Origin: a virus
Length of the DNA stretch: 64,000 bases
Direction: 5' to 3' (one strand)
IMG/VR virus record: IMGVR_UViG_3300010158_000036
Location: 45,332-109,331 of that record
The notes beneath the pieces are model-generated. The model was given only the letters and a program-made list of their open reading frames with translations, was not told the origin of the DNA and made no database searches. Every line of letters starts with the position of its first letter. The stretch's first letter is position 1. Both the position numbers and the translations under genes were made by a program. Shown in pieces: positions 18,788 through 28,385 of the stretch.

Positions 18788-19544
18788 CGCCTAAAGAAAC
18801 TTTTAGTTTAATTTTTTCTCCACGAATAGGAGGTGATTCAATAGTGAAAGTTTCTGGAATTTCTCCCTTGTTCATTCCCCATGCTTCCAGAGTATATCTA
18901 AATGGATTACCTTCAATATTTTGAACACATTTCAACATACCTTGAGCAATTTCGCGAATTTCCTTCTGAGCATGACCTGAATTTCTCAATGTTAAAAAGT
19001 TATGAAAACTTCGCATATTAAAAGAGATATCAGCTTGGATTTGAGAATTGTAACCCTTGAAAAATCTAGACGATTCTTTAGCTCGTGCTCTGCCAAGTAC
19101 TGGTTCTAAATCTTTAAGACATGTATGATAAAGAGAATTACTCATCACGGTAAAGTCTTTAAGAATAGATGTCCATGCTTTACCTTTCAATTCTAGTTGT
19201 TCAATATCATCTGTCGCAACAATATCACCCCAATCATCCGGAATGAAAAATTTGTCTTCAAGTTCGCGATATCTGGCAGACTCTGCATTCATTGAAGATA
19301 TCCTATGTTTACACAAATGAATATGGGAACTCACGTCTGTGTTCACTAAAAAATGCACCATGCCTTTTTCCCATGGAGTATGATGACCCGCATTCCACAA
19401 GGTTTTAATCATAGTTGGAATTCGTGCTCTTTTATCATCTGTTAAATCTCTAGAAGTACTTGTCCATGCTGAGCAAGCAATAATTTCGTCTGATCCGTAA
19501 TGGCCTAATAGCCAAACACTATTTTTATGTTTTTTTGTTTTCAT
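18747..19544 (-). CDS. thyX: FAD-dependent thymidylate synthase
   Basis: GHHTPWE, KHR.SS.NAESARY, N.RS..NFL.LR...HAQ.EIR. Confidence 0.95.
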   Translation of the reverse strand: MKTKKHKNSVWLLGHYGSDEIIACSAWTSTSRDLTDDKRARIPTMIKTLWNAGHHTPWEKGMVHFLVNTDVSSHIHLCKHRISSMNAESARYRELEDKFFIPDDWGDIVATDDIEQLELKGKAWTSILKDFTVMSNSLYHTCLKDLEPVLGRARAKESSRFFKGYNSQIQADISFNMRSFHNFLTLRNSGHAQKEIREIAQGMLKCVQNIEGNPFRYTLEAWGMNKGEIPETFTIESPPIRGEKIKLKVSLGDGYQNENTYDEKH

Positions 19545-19579
19545 AGTTTTTATATAAATAGATTATATAGTTACAATTT

Positions 19580-20345
19580 TTATTGAAAATTTTCAATAAG
19601 ATTATTTTTAGTATCCGGGACTATGAGCTCCGAACCATCAATCTTAAATAGACCTGTTTCTTTCCAAAAGAAACCAGAACCCAAATTAAGACCTTTGCCG
19701 ACAAGACTAAATGGAATCGGTTCAAGATCACATTCATGATTCATAGCGGCGTTAAAGTCGGCATCGCCGACCCAGCTGCAGTTGGGACATGAATATATCT
19801 TACCTTTCCTATTACCCTTTCGGACCTGAGAACATTGATGGCACCTCTGAGACCGATAAGCACTTTCCTGTTCTACAACTGGAACCTCCAGTTCTTCACA
19901 ACGCCATAAAACCTTATCTCTTATCTCAGGATTCGACCAATGAGTCATACTTCTGGAAGTTTTAACACCTTTATTGAGGTCGATGATCTTTTCTAACCTA
20001 ACTTCCTGTAGGTTAGAAAAATCCAATTGGTTTATAGACCAATTGACAAAATTCTTGCGGTGTACTTGAGCTTTTTTAAAACCTCTAGAACCCTTCTTTT
20101 TTCTTGATAACCTTTTAATAACTGATTGAAGAGAATGTCCATGACAATCCATATCCGGTGTTGTTTGGTCATCGGAAAGAGTTGCAACTGTTTTAAGACC
20201 TTGATCAATACCAATAATCTTATCTCCTTGTGGTTTTGGACTCTTTTCTACGCACCAACTCAGTTGAAAATGATTCTTGAAAATCTTAATTGAGTTACAA
20301 ATTCTTCTTTTGCTTTGCAATAACACCTCTTACAATCCCACAAGC
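19580..20345 (-). mobile_element. tnpB: truncated IS200/IS605 TnpB (RuvC + zinc finger only)
   Basis: IGIDQG, RLEKI, SQRCHQC..CPNC, DADFNAA; N-terminal domains missing. Confidence 0.85.
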
Positions 20346-20456
20346 ATGATCATAATTATATAGGAGATTACCCGCGCCAGTGATTGCAACATCATGCGGA
20401 TTTATGAAGATTTTTGCTTCCGTGTGCCATACCCTAAATTTCCGATTTCTATTCAT
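20295..20456 (-). pseudogene. YopX N-terminal fragment joined to TnpB
   Basis: MNRNRKFRVW YopX start, truncated at TnpB junction. Confidence 0.55.
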
Positions 20457-20618
20457 ACATTTGTTATTCTCTAATATGTACAAACCATTTATCAACTTCA
20501 CGTAAACCTTTACTATTATTACTCATATGTTGTTAAATTTTATTTAGAGTGAAGATTGTTCCTGCTGGAGATGTCATTGGTGCAATTACTTTAATCTCTT
20601 TATCCAGCACTCTAAACT

Positions 20619-21080
20619 TTATGTTTTGATTTTGACTTTGGTTAATAATTTGGGATTTTCACAAATATTTCCAATAACTATAATCTCTTTGTTGGAATAT
20701 AGTTCGGCAGAAAAACATCTAATATCTTCATCATTTATTTTAAAACAATAATTGCCTTCATCAAAGATAACGCATGCAATAAAGTTCTCATTAGAAGATT
20801 CTTCTGAACTCACCTTTACAATATCACCTTCATAGATTTCAATATCATTAGAATCATTCAGTCCTGTATATTGAAGAAATCTATAAAAGCTCCCATTAAA
20901 GGAGTCAAAGAATTGAACTGTAGCTCCTTCATCATCTCTAGACATCTCTTCTGGTAAAAAACAAACAGGCGTATTTTTTCCAACTTGTTTTTTCCAATTA
21001 GTAATCCATTTTTTTTCAAAACAACCCCAAACCTTAAATTTTAACTGACGAGGAGTCCAAGATAGTTTTTTATTACTCAT
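20619..21080 (-). CDS. YopX-family protein
   Basis: LKFKVW, QYTGLND.N..EIYEGDIV, VIGNICENP.LL. Confidence 0.9.
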   Translation of the reverse strand: MSNKKLSWTPRQLKFKVWGCFEKKWITNWKKQVGKNTPVCFLPEEMSRDDEGATVQFFDSFNGSFYRFLQYTGLNDSNDIEIYEGDIVKVSSEESSNENFIACVIFDEGNYCFKINDEDIRCFSAELYSNKEIIVIGNICENPKLLTKVKIKT

Positions 21081-21212
21081 AGTTTATTATTCTCTAATTT
21101 TTATTCTGTATAGTTTAAACCTGATCTAATTGATTTTCGATTCTCGTATTATTTAAAGATATATGTTTCTTTGTACACATATCAACAATTGCTTGCTGTG
21201 TTGTTTCTTGTC

Positions 21213-21633
21213 TCATTTTAGTAATTCTGGGTTTTCAAAAATATTTCCAACAATAATACAATAGTTTCTAACTTCGAGTCAATGCCAGCCGTTATCTCCA
21301 ATAGGATCTTTTTCTACGAAAAACATACCAACCGTTATTTGAGTCATATTTACAAAATATATTTTTATTTACTGTGTCAGAAGTATTGGATGCTTCATCA
21401 AAATTATAATGCACAATATCTCCCTCACAGATTTCTACATTATTATTATCAAAGAGTCCTGTGTATTGTTGAATGATAAAGTTATCGGTTTCATCTGTTG
21501 CGCTATACCATTCATCATATAAATCGCTGAAAACCTTTGTTTCTATTTCTCCACTATGAAGATTTAAGAAATATTTTTCTAAATTACCTCTAAAACACTC
21601 ACCATCCCACACTCTAAACTTAATTTTTCTCAT
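21213..21633 (-). pseudogene. YopX-family protein, frameshifted
   Basis: IKFRVW, QQYTGL, EICEGDIV; conserved VGNIFENPELLK tail is in another frame after ~21320 and behind a TGA. Confidence 0.8.
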
Positions 21634-21953
21634 CTGTAAATAGATTGTTCGGATTCATATAAAGATTCAAGAATTTCAATTCTAGTTTGAGCTGCATAAC
21701 ATAATTCGTGAATAGTTGGCTCAGATTCACCCATATTAATTTCTGAGTAATTTTTGTCTGCCAACTTCTTGATTTTATTATAGAAATCTTTACTATTAAA
21801 ATATTTAGTAAGAAATGTTGTTGCTGCATATTCCAACTCAGGATCTGATAGAAAATGATTTCTATAATATGGTTCACGGTCATCATCCATAATAATCATG
21901 GGATTATCTCCAAGAAGAGGACGAAGAATATCTGCTAATGGATATTTATTCAT
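21630..21953 (-). CDS. hypothetical protein
   Basis: overlapping stop/start with neighbours. Confidence 0.6.
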   Translation of the reverse strand: MNKYPLADILRPLLGDNPMIIMDDDREPYYRNHFLSDPELEYAATTFLTKYFNSKDFYNKIKKLADKNYSEINMGESEPTIHELCYAAQTRIEILESLYESEQSIYR

Positions 21954-22152
21954 AATTTTTAATTTTATCGTTTTGAATTTTAGTTTTTGCTTGAATTAAT
22001 AACATCCATGCATTTTCCAGATAAGATAAAGCTTTATTATGATCTGCTGAGTTTGCCGCATAATCAAGTTGATGAATTGCAGCATGAATTTCATCATACG
22101 CAATTGAGAACTCTCTGCCATCTAACATTGCATTAATTTCTAAATTATTCAT
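21946..22152 (-). CDS. hypothetical protein
   Basis: overlapping stop/start. Confidence 0.6.
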   Translation of the reverse strand: MNNLEINAMLDGREFSIAYDEIHAAIHQLDYAANSADHNKALSYLENAWMLLIQAKTKIQNDKIKNYE

Positions 22153-22155
22153 ATA

Positions 22156-22854
22156 TTATGGTTTATGTTCGTAAATTTCTTCAATATCAAGTATTCTGCT
22201 AGTGCATATTCCGTTGGGTGAAACAGCCCAATCTTTACAATGGAAATGACCTGCATAGTGCCTCTTTGCTCCACACTGTTCAATCAATTGATTATGAGCA
22301 ATTCTTTCTGCATAGCGTTCATCCCATAGAGAAATGTCCTTCAATGTCCATGATGCAAGACCTTCTTTATCGAAGGGGCCACAATATGCTGGGGCGGAGT
22401 GCGTAACAAGTACATCACATTGCACAACTTTATCTGGTTCATACACAAACTTTTCTCCAGCCCACCATGATCGTCCAGGAACTCTATACAATCTATCAAT
22501 AGAAATAGCGCCTCCTACAAATTGAATAAGTTCACTATTAATCACTTCTGTATAATAATCTGATAACAACTTGAAATGAGATAATGTAATTTGCTTTGGA
22601 CCTGAGAAATAATCCGGATCATCGTGATTCCCGCGGATAGACATGAAATGAATATCACGTGCTGCGAAAAGATCATTCAGTTTAGAGCATGCCCGCCATT
22701 CACCAGCTGCGCTATAATTAAAGCCGATGCCAAGATCACCAACACAAATGAGATAACAATTCGATAAATCAATACGTTTCACTTGATCTACAAGACGACC
22801 AAATGCACCGTGAATATCTCCAATCAAAAGTAAAGGTTTGTTGTAATTAGACAT
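22156..22854 (-). CDS. calcineurin-like metallophosphoesterase
   Basis: GDIHG, GDLG, RGNHD, THSAP, GHFH. Confidence 0.93.
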   Translation of the reverse strand: MSNYNKPLLLIGDIHGAFGRLVDQVKRIDLSNCYLICVGDLGIGFNYSAAGEWRACSKLNDLFAARDIHFMSIRGNHDDPDYFSGPKQITLSHFKLLSDYYTEVINSELIQFVGGAISIDRLYRVPGRSWWAGEKFVYEPDKVVQCDVLVTHSAPAYCGPFDKEGLASWTLKDISLWDERYAERIAHNQLIEQCGAKRHYAGHFHCKDWAVSPNGICTSRILDIEEIYEHKP

Positions 22855-23608
22855 AAGGTTTTCGGGATTCTAGGATGATATCTGCAGCAAGTTCTGTATC
22901 AAATTTATATGAAATCTTTGAAGTAGATATCACGGTTTCTAATTCATGAAACTTATTATTTACAATTTTTGTTAATTGTTCACAGGTGAAATTCTCAGGA
23001 TGATTTTTGATTTCCATTAGAAAATCGTGATAAGCTTCATCAGTATCAGACACCTTTACCATATATTCACCAGTCTTAAAAAAGACAATACCTACTTTGC
23101 ATAGGCGAAGAATTTGAACAAAATTCTTTGGGGAGAATCCATACTTGTTAATAGTATTTTTTCTGAGTGATCCAAGCTGACCTGATCGCTCTCCTGTAGC
23201 AAGCCGAATTTCAGAATAAACATATCCCTTTAACGAAGATTTTAATAGATTGGTGTCGATTAATTTATATCGGTAATAATGAATTGTTTTGAATAAATCT
23301 GTCATACATGTAAATGCAGATTCTGGAGCAAATAAAATTTCAAGTACTTGTGTATTTGTTTTTCTCAATAATTTTAAGTACCGAGAAAGTTCATAATATG
23401 TGGAGTCAATTTCATTTGTTTGAACAATAGACTCAATTGTATCAAATCCAGTAATATATTTCTTATCAGTTGCAACGAAAAGCCCTCTATAGTCTACGTC
23501 GCTGTAACTATTATGCAAATTATACAATGTGCTGCCGCCAATCAGTTGACAAATCAGCTTACCATTACAATTAATAAATGCCGGGTGTTTAGTAATGTCA
23601 GTTTCCAT
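22847..23608 (-). CDS. Pol-beta-superfamily nucleotidyltransferase (RlaP/NrdC.11-like)
   Basis: GS.LYNL....SDVDYRG, N...LE.LF. Confidence 0.85.
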   Translation of the reverse strand: METDITKHPAFINCNGKLICQLIGGSTLYNLHNSYSDVDYRGLFVATDKKYITGFDTIESIVQTNEIDSTYYELSRYLKLLRKTNTQVLEILFAPESAFTCMTDLFKTIHYYRYKLIDTNLLKSSLKGYVYSEIRLATGERSGQLGSLRKNTINKYGFSPKNFVQILRLCKVGIVFFKTGEYMVKVSDTDEAYHDFLMEIKNHPENFTCEQLTKIVNNKFHELETVISTSKISYKFDTELAADIILESRKPYV

Positions 23609-23646
23609 ATGATTATTATATTAGGATTAGTTAGACTTGCAAATAG

Positions 23647-24132
23647 TTAAATTGGGATTGGCAGCCTTACTACAGTTACTTGCAATTCATTCAATTCTTC
23701 TCCGACAATTTTCAGAACTGTATTCCAATCACCTCCAGCTCGGTCAGAACCCATACGATACGGAATTCCGATTTCGGTCACTCTATTTCTCAACAGATAC
23801 TCTTGAGTTTTTGCAAGACATGTTCTCAATGCTTCATAATCAAGATGTTGTTTTCCTCTACCATAATTTTGTTGAGCGTGAAGATTAATTACACATTTTT
23901 TAAAATTTGGTAAATATGGCCAAGCATAAGAAATAGTACCAAGAACAAGCCCATGCTTTTCTTGGTATTTTTTATAGTTAGTGTATGCTCCAGGAACATA
24001 ATTACGAATAGAAAATGCAATTCCAGATCCCATTACTCCTTGACAATTACATATATGAGCGATGGCACAATGATTACCTTTGTGAAAATAATCGTGTAAC
24101 AGATCCCCATCAATTTCAATAATATTATTCAT
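23647..24132 (-). CDS. macrodomain protein (Tk.4-like)
   Basis: GDLL, IAH.CNC.G.MGSGIA, PY.MGS..AGGDW. Confidence 0.9.
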   Translation of the reverse strand: MNNIIEIDGDLLHDYFHKGNHCAIAHICNCQGVMGSGIAFSIRNYVPGAYTNYKKYQEKHGLVLGTISYAWPYLPNFKKCVINLHAQQNYGRGKQHLDYEALRTCLAKTQEYLLRNRVTEIGIPYRMGSDRAGGDWNTVLKIVGEELNELQVTVVRLPIPI

Positions 24133-24135
24133 ATT

Positions 24136-24468
24136 TTACCACCAAGAATCATATACAATTTCCAAACCAGCTTTAAGATAATTTCGGGCATTTACAATGA
24201 ATTGTAAATCATCATTTCTATGATATTTTATATTATATGATTCAGTACTATTATAGAATGAATCTTGATTAATACATAATTCCAAAGCATCAATATCAGC
24301 AGAAGTGATATCTACGCAAACACAATTGAATTCTTCTGTGTTTCCTTTGGAGCGCCATAGAGTTTCCATCCAATCATGAATTGGATAATGCTTTCTCCAA
24401 TAATGAAATTCTTTCAAAACAGAAAGAGAATTTGGTAAACGATAGTATGCGTATGAATCAAGTCCCAT
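24136..24468 (-). CDS. conserved phage protein (MGLD...YWRKH family)
   Basis: MGLDSYAY, YWRKH..IH.W, FNC, YDSWW. Confidence 0.75.
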   Translation of the reverse strand: MGLDSYAYYRLPNSLSVLKEFHYWRKHYPIHDWMETLWRSKGNTEEFNCVCVDITSADIDALELCINQDSFYNSTESYNIKYHRNDDLQFIVNARNYLKAGLEIVYDSWW

Positions 24469-24472
24469 ATGA

Positions 24473-24991
24473 TTACTTCTTTTCAATTACAAGATACGTA
24501 TTATCAATAATAGACCAGTTATAGGTTGTGCCTAGATATATAGATTTTTCTTTCAAGTCTCCGCAACTAGTAACCTGTATATTCAGGTTTGGTTCGCCAA
24601 GAGCATCGGCAAGACAGACACAAATATAATCAATATGATTTCTTGCATCATAACCACCATTCAAAATGGCAAGATTAATAACATTTTTAGACTTCAGTTT
24701 TTCCTTGGCTTTCTCTAGTTTAGCTTCCTCTAGTTTAGCTTCCTCTAGTTTAGCTTCCAAATACTTCAGATTCTTTTTAGTCTCTTTAAGTTCTGCTATA
24801 AGTGATTCAATGTTAGAAGCACCTACAGGAATTTCTGCAAAACACTCGGTAGGGTAACAATAGAGATATCCTTGATCATTAATAACTTGATATCCATCCG
24901 CACTGATACTCTCGACGATATATTCGCGGTTGAGAGTTAGAGCTCCATAAACTTTTCCCAGATCCACACATTTCACCATTTTTTTATTCAT
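24473..24991 (-). CDS. hypothetical protein with EAKLE tandem repeat
   Basis: SH3-like N-terminus, LEAKLEEAKLEEAKLE. Confidence 0.65.
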   Translation of the reverse strand: MNKKMVKCVDLGKVYGALTLNREYIVESISADGYQVINDQGYLYCYPTECFAEIPVGASNIESLIAELKETKKNLKYLEAKLEEAKLEEAKLEKAKEKLKSKNVINLAILNGGYDARNHIDYICVCLADALGEPNLNIQVTSCGDLKEKSIYLGTTYNWSIIDNTYLVIEKK

Positions 24992-25046
24992 ATTAATGTA
25001 TTTTTAGATTTCTAAATCTCATTTTGTGTAATATTCTCGTTCAGCT

Positions 25047-25301
25047 TCAAAATCTTTCAAGCCCCCCCCCCCATTCTTTTTCCATTTCATCAGAAATATC
25101 CATTAGAGCATCAACTGGGTCCCGATAAGACCAGAAGCCGAAGAATTCATCTTCTTGACCTTCAAGCTTAGTTCTGGCTTTCTTATCAAAAAACAATCGG
25201 TTATCTCGACAATGAGAACACGATCCATGGCACCGACAAGTGTAATCAAACCTGCGCGAATCGTGCTTACGAGGATAATCTTGTTTTTTGGAGCGACTCA
25301 T
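25047..25301 (-). CDS. small Cys/His zinc-binding early protein ending in a G11 tract
   Basis: TCRCHGSCSHC..NR; first ORF after promoter. Confidence 0.7.
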   Translation of the reverse strand: MSRSKKQDYPRKHDSRRFDYTCRCHGSCSHCRDNRLFFDKKARTKLEGQEDEFFGFWSYRDPVDALMDISDEMEKEWGGGLERF

Positions 25302-25312
25302 ATTGACTTGGT

Positions 25313-25365
25313 GTTCCTTACGGGCTCAATATACTACAAAAACCAAGCCTTGTAAACAAAAAAGT
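25313..25365 (-). promoter_or_regulatory. early promoter (repeat family)
   Basis: GTTTACA-N17-TATATT-GAGCCCGTAAGGAAC. Confidence 0.88.
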
Positions 25366-25446
25366 GCATAAAATCCAATTTATTTTCATTTTTGCGACAA
25401 ATTAAGAGCGTTATTTGGTTTTATAAATAATTTCACATAGAATTCC

Positions 25447-26259
25447 ATGATTATCAATACATATTTGCAGAAACCCGGAGGAATGGGGTTAGGAGATTTC
25501 CTTAGAGGATCCTTAGCGCTTTATCAAATGAGTCACCGATATAGTGTAAGAGCAGAAATTGACTTCAGCCATCACCCCATAGGTAAATATCTAGTTCCAT
25601 CTCATAATGTTGATATGTCAAAATTTGAAATAATAGAAGCATGCAATATTGGTAATTATACGATAGCCGATTTAAGAGACCTTATTGCAAGGCGCTACAG
25701 ATTTTCATATCTTGCTCGTAATGCGAATAATATTTGTGTTTATACAAACGTATTTCCTAAATTTCCGATAACAGAAGAAATCAAGCAAAGTATGCAACGA
25801 GCCTTGATTCCAACTCCTGAATTACAAGACTTAATTCCTCAATATGAGCAAGCATATGAGGTGATTCATATTAGATCGGGAGATTTAATTGCATTCGGAA
25901 CGTGTTACGATTATACTGTAAATCTTGATAAAGATTATTTGGTTGCATCCATTATAGGCTCTATAAAACAAATCGTAGCAAACAGTTCATGCCCAGTGTT
26001 AATAATGTCAGATTCTCTTGAATTGAAAACTACATTAACTGAACTTTGTGGTACGGTTAAAACTGAAACAACCCCAGCACATGTAGGAAATGATTTTAAT
26101 GGAGTTGTAGATACATTGATAGATTATTTCACCCTAACAAAAGCTAGAAAAATACATCAATTTACAACCCATTTTTGGGGCAGTGGGTTTTCGGATTCAG
26201 TCTCGTGGATCTTTGACATACCAATTCAGAAATATCCTCTTATAGAGAATAGATTATAA
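25447..26259 (+). CDS. fucosyltransferase-like glycosyltransferase (GT11/NodZ-like)
   Basis: GLGD.LRG, IHIR.GD, SDS, SGFS; TATAAATA at 25422. Confidence 0.7.
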   Translation: MIINTYLQKPGGMGLGDFLRGSLALYQMSHRYSVRAEIDFSHHPIGKYLVPSHNVDMSKFEIIEACNIGNYTIADLRDLIARRYRFSYLARNANNICVYTNVFPKFPITEEIKQSMQRALIPTPELQDLIPQYEQAYEVIHIRSGDLIAFGTCYDYTVNLDKDYLVASIIGSIKQIVANSSCPVLIMSDSLELKTTLTELCGTVKTETTPAHVGNDFNGVVDTLIDYFTLTKARKIHQFTTHFWGSGFSDSVSWIFDIPIQKYPLIENRL

Positions 26260-26260
26260 T

Positions 26261-26800
26261 TTATCCATCGTATCCCGGCTCAACCAAAAATCCTTGTTTT
26301 GAGCTAAAGATAAATGTCCTAATTGCTTCATCTGATATAAGAATTTTCTCCACAGCTTTCACAAATTCAGATACGGATCCATGTCCAAGATCGGAACAGA
26401 AATCACAGAAAGTATCTACGAGGGAATCATTGAATGAATCTTCATCAACGGCTTCTACTACAGTATATGGGGATATTGTAACATTCCTTTTCAAAGAATA
26501 CTCATAAGATGTTAATGAAGTTACAACCTTAGCCTGTGTGAATAGTTCGATGATAGTGATAAGCCTATCAAATAATGTCTGATTTCCAGTCTTTACAGCA
26601 AAGAATAATAGTAGAGCACTTTTATCCTGAGGCGTTGCGTTTGAAGCATTGGGGCCAGATTCTAACGCAATCTGAATCTCATTATTTTTATTAGGAATAA
26701 ATGTACAATCAAGAGGATTTTGAGGATTCATCGGACAGATGGAGAACGCAGATGTACTGGAGCTGTTGCTCTCCCATACGGATTTTCTTATTGTTTTCAT
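26261..26800 (-). CDS. ETNSSS-motif protein 1
   Basis: N-terminus MKTIRKSVWESNSSSTS. Confidence 0.75.
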   Translation of the reverse strand: MKTIRKSVWESNSSSTSAFSICPMNPQNPLDCTFIPNKNNEIQIALESGPNASNATPQDKSALLLFFAVKTGNQTLFDRLITIIELFTQAKVVTSLTSYEYSLKRNVTISPYTVVEAVDEDSFNDSLVDTFCDFCSDLGHGSVSEFVKAVEKILISDEAIRTFIFSSKQGFLVEPGYDG

Positions 26801-26815
26801 ATGTTTATTTTGTGT

Positions 26816-27022
26816 TTATACTTCTGTGGTTCCAAAGAATACTGTTTTATTTGATAACTTTTTTTGACTTGGATAATAATATGATCCTTCTGCCGGATCA
26901 TTTCCGTCCCAATTTACGAACAATAAATCCGTTCTGGTTCTATATTCATTCTTAGTAACAATATCAATATTTCTTTCTGGAGTTTTCCAACGAAATCCCG
27001 CAATATACAGATTTTCAGTCAT
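26816..27022 (-). CDS. hypothetical protein
   Basis: co-oriented ORF. Confidence 0.55.
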   Translation of the reverse strand: MTENLYIAGFRWKTPERNIDIVTKNEYRTRTDLLFVNWDGNDPAEGSYYYPSQKKLSNKTVFFGTTEV

Positions 27023-27053
27023 CTTATAGAGATTCTGTTCAAGTTGAATTCTA

Positions 27054-27416
27054 CTAATTCCAAGGAATCATTACAATACTCTTTCGCATTACTTTTTGTT
27101 CATATAAAGCAATCGTATTCATTAGAGTGCTCATACCTTGTTGACGAACGCCCAAAATAATCTTAGTGTTCTGAACTGCGATATAAGAACACTTTGAACC
27201 TAATGAAGAATGATTGTTACTATATTCCTCATAATAAAGAGTTTGATATGAATTCATCTCGAATCCATTCGCCATAAGAAAGAATTCCTCAAAGGAGATA
27301 AGTTCTTTTACATTCGGTATTACAGGTTCTGCTTTAGGAAGCTCTGTTCCTTTTAGAATGCCCATTGATGCTGCAGTAACAAGCAAGGAATTAATAACAA
27401 ATGGTCGACGTTTCAT
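27054..27416 (-). CDS. Tat-like signal plus degenerate terminase-type P-loop fragment
   Basis: MKRRPF + hydrophobic stretch; RQQGMST. Confidence 0.45.
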   Translation of the reverse strand: MKRRPFVINSLLVTAASMGILKGTELPKAEPVIPNVKELISFEEFFLMANGFEMNSYQTLYYEEYSNNHSSLGSKCSYIAVQNTKIILGVRQQGMSTLMNTIALYEQKVMRKSIVMIPWN

Positions 27417-27422
27417 ATTTAT

Positions 27423-28382
27423 TTATTTTTCTGATAGAATTAAATTACCACAAGTGATTTTACTTTCATCTTCTTCTTTACTAGCAATGAATACAATTAC
27501 ATCATAACCAGCATTTTTTAGAGCAGTCTCTGTCGATGAATATGGTGTATATTCAGTCCAATCACCAGAAGGCATCATGTTCTTATTATTAACTGCTCTA
27601 GTTTTATGTAAAGGTGTGAGCTTGCATAAATAATATTCTGGATCAAAATACTTAAGTAAAACATCTGGATCAATTTCCCAATCGCCAAGCGCAAAATTAA
27701 GAGTAATCTTACGACCTTTGGGAACAAGACCTTTCATGATTTTTGTAATATCTTCAAGACTTGATTGACTTTTACCAAACATCTTATTGCGATGAATCTC
27801 ATTGGTGCTATTAATGGAAAGTTGTAATCCGGCTTCACCATCAAGCAAGTGATTCTTAATATCCATCCATTCATGAATAAATGTTTTCAGCCTTGTATTG
27901 TCCTTGGGCATCATGGTGGAAACAACAGGATGAATTTTGTGATTTCTATCAATTGCTGATTTCATCCAGCCTGTAACTTCTAACACTGCGAAATTCCATG
28001 ACGGCTCTCCCATTCTGGCAAAATGGAGATTGAGACGATTACTATAACTCACTTCTGGGTGTAAAGATAGTCCAGTTAATATTTGATTTCTCATATCTGA
28101 GAATGTTGCATTAACCCCTTTACCAAGTTTTGGAACATCACAGAACGTGCAACGCGAATTACACCCATATTGAGTTGAGAGTGTAATTACCCATTTTTCT
28201 TCCAATGGTAATAGCTTGGTATGACATACCTGACTCAGTTCTCTATCAAGACCCATAAAGTCAGCTTTGAGATTAACATCCTTGCCATAATCGCCAATAG
28301 ATAACATCTCTAATTTACCAACTTCTCCTTGAACAATTAGAATATCTCCTGTAGGAACTTCAATACGCTTTAGAATGTTCAT
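27423..28382 (-). CDS. RlmN/Cfr-like radical SAM protein
   Basis: STQYGCNSRCTFC, RMGEP, VST, LQLSIN, C-terminal CGNL. Confidence 0.85.
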   Translation of the reverse strand: MNILKRIEVPTGDILIVQGEVGKLEMLSIGDYGKDVNLKADFMGLDRELSQVCHTKLLPLEEKWVITLSTQYGCNSRCTFCDVPKLGKGVNATFSDMRNQILTGLSLHPEVSYSNRLNLHFARMGEPSWNFAVLEVTGWMKSAIDRNHKIHPVVSTMMPKDNTRLKTFIHEWMDIKNHLLDGEAGLQLSINSTNEIHRNKMFGKSQSSLEDITKIMKGLVPKGRKITLNFALGDWEIDPDVLLKYFDPEYYLCKLTPLHKTRAVNNKNMMPSGDWTEYTPYSSTETALKNAGYDVIVFIASKEEDESKITCGNLILSEK

Positions 28383-28385
28383 ATA

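Noticed and set aside
2692-21282. Stop-codon reassignment suggested by several in-frame stops
   Set aside because: The stops are of mixed type (TGA and TAA), come with frameshifts, long core genes read through in code 11, and no suppressor tRNA is seen.
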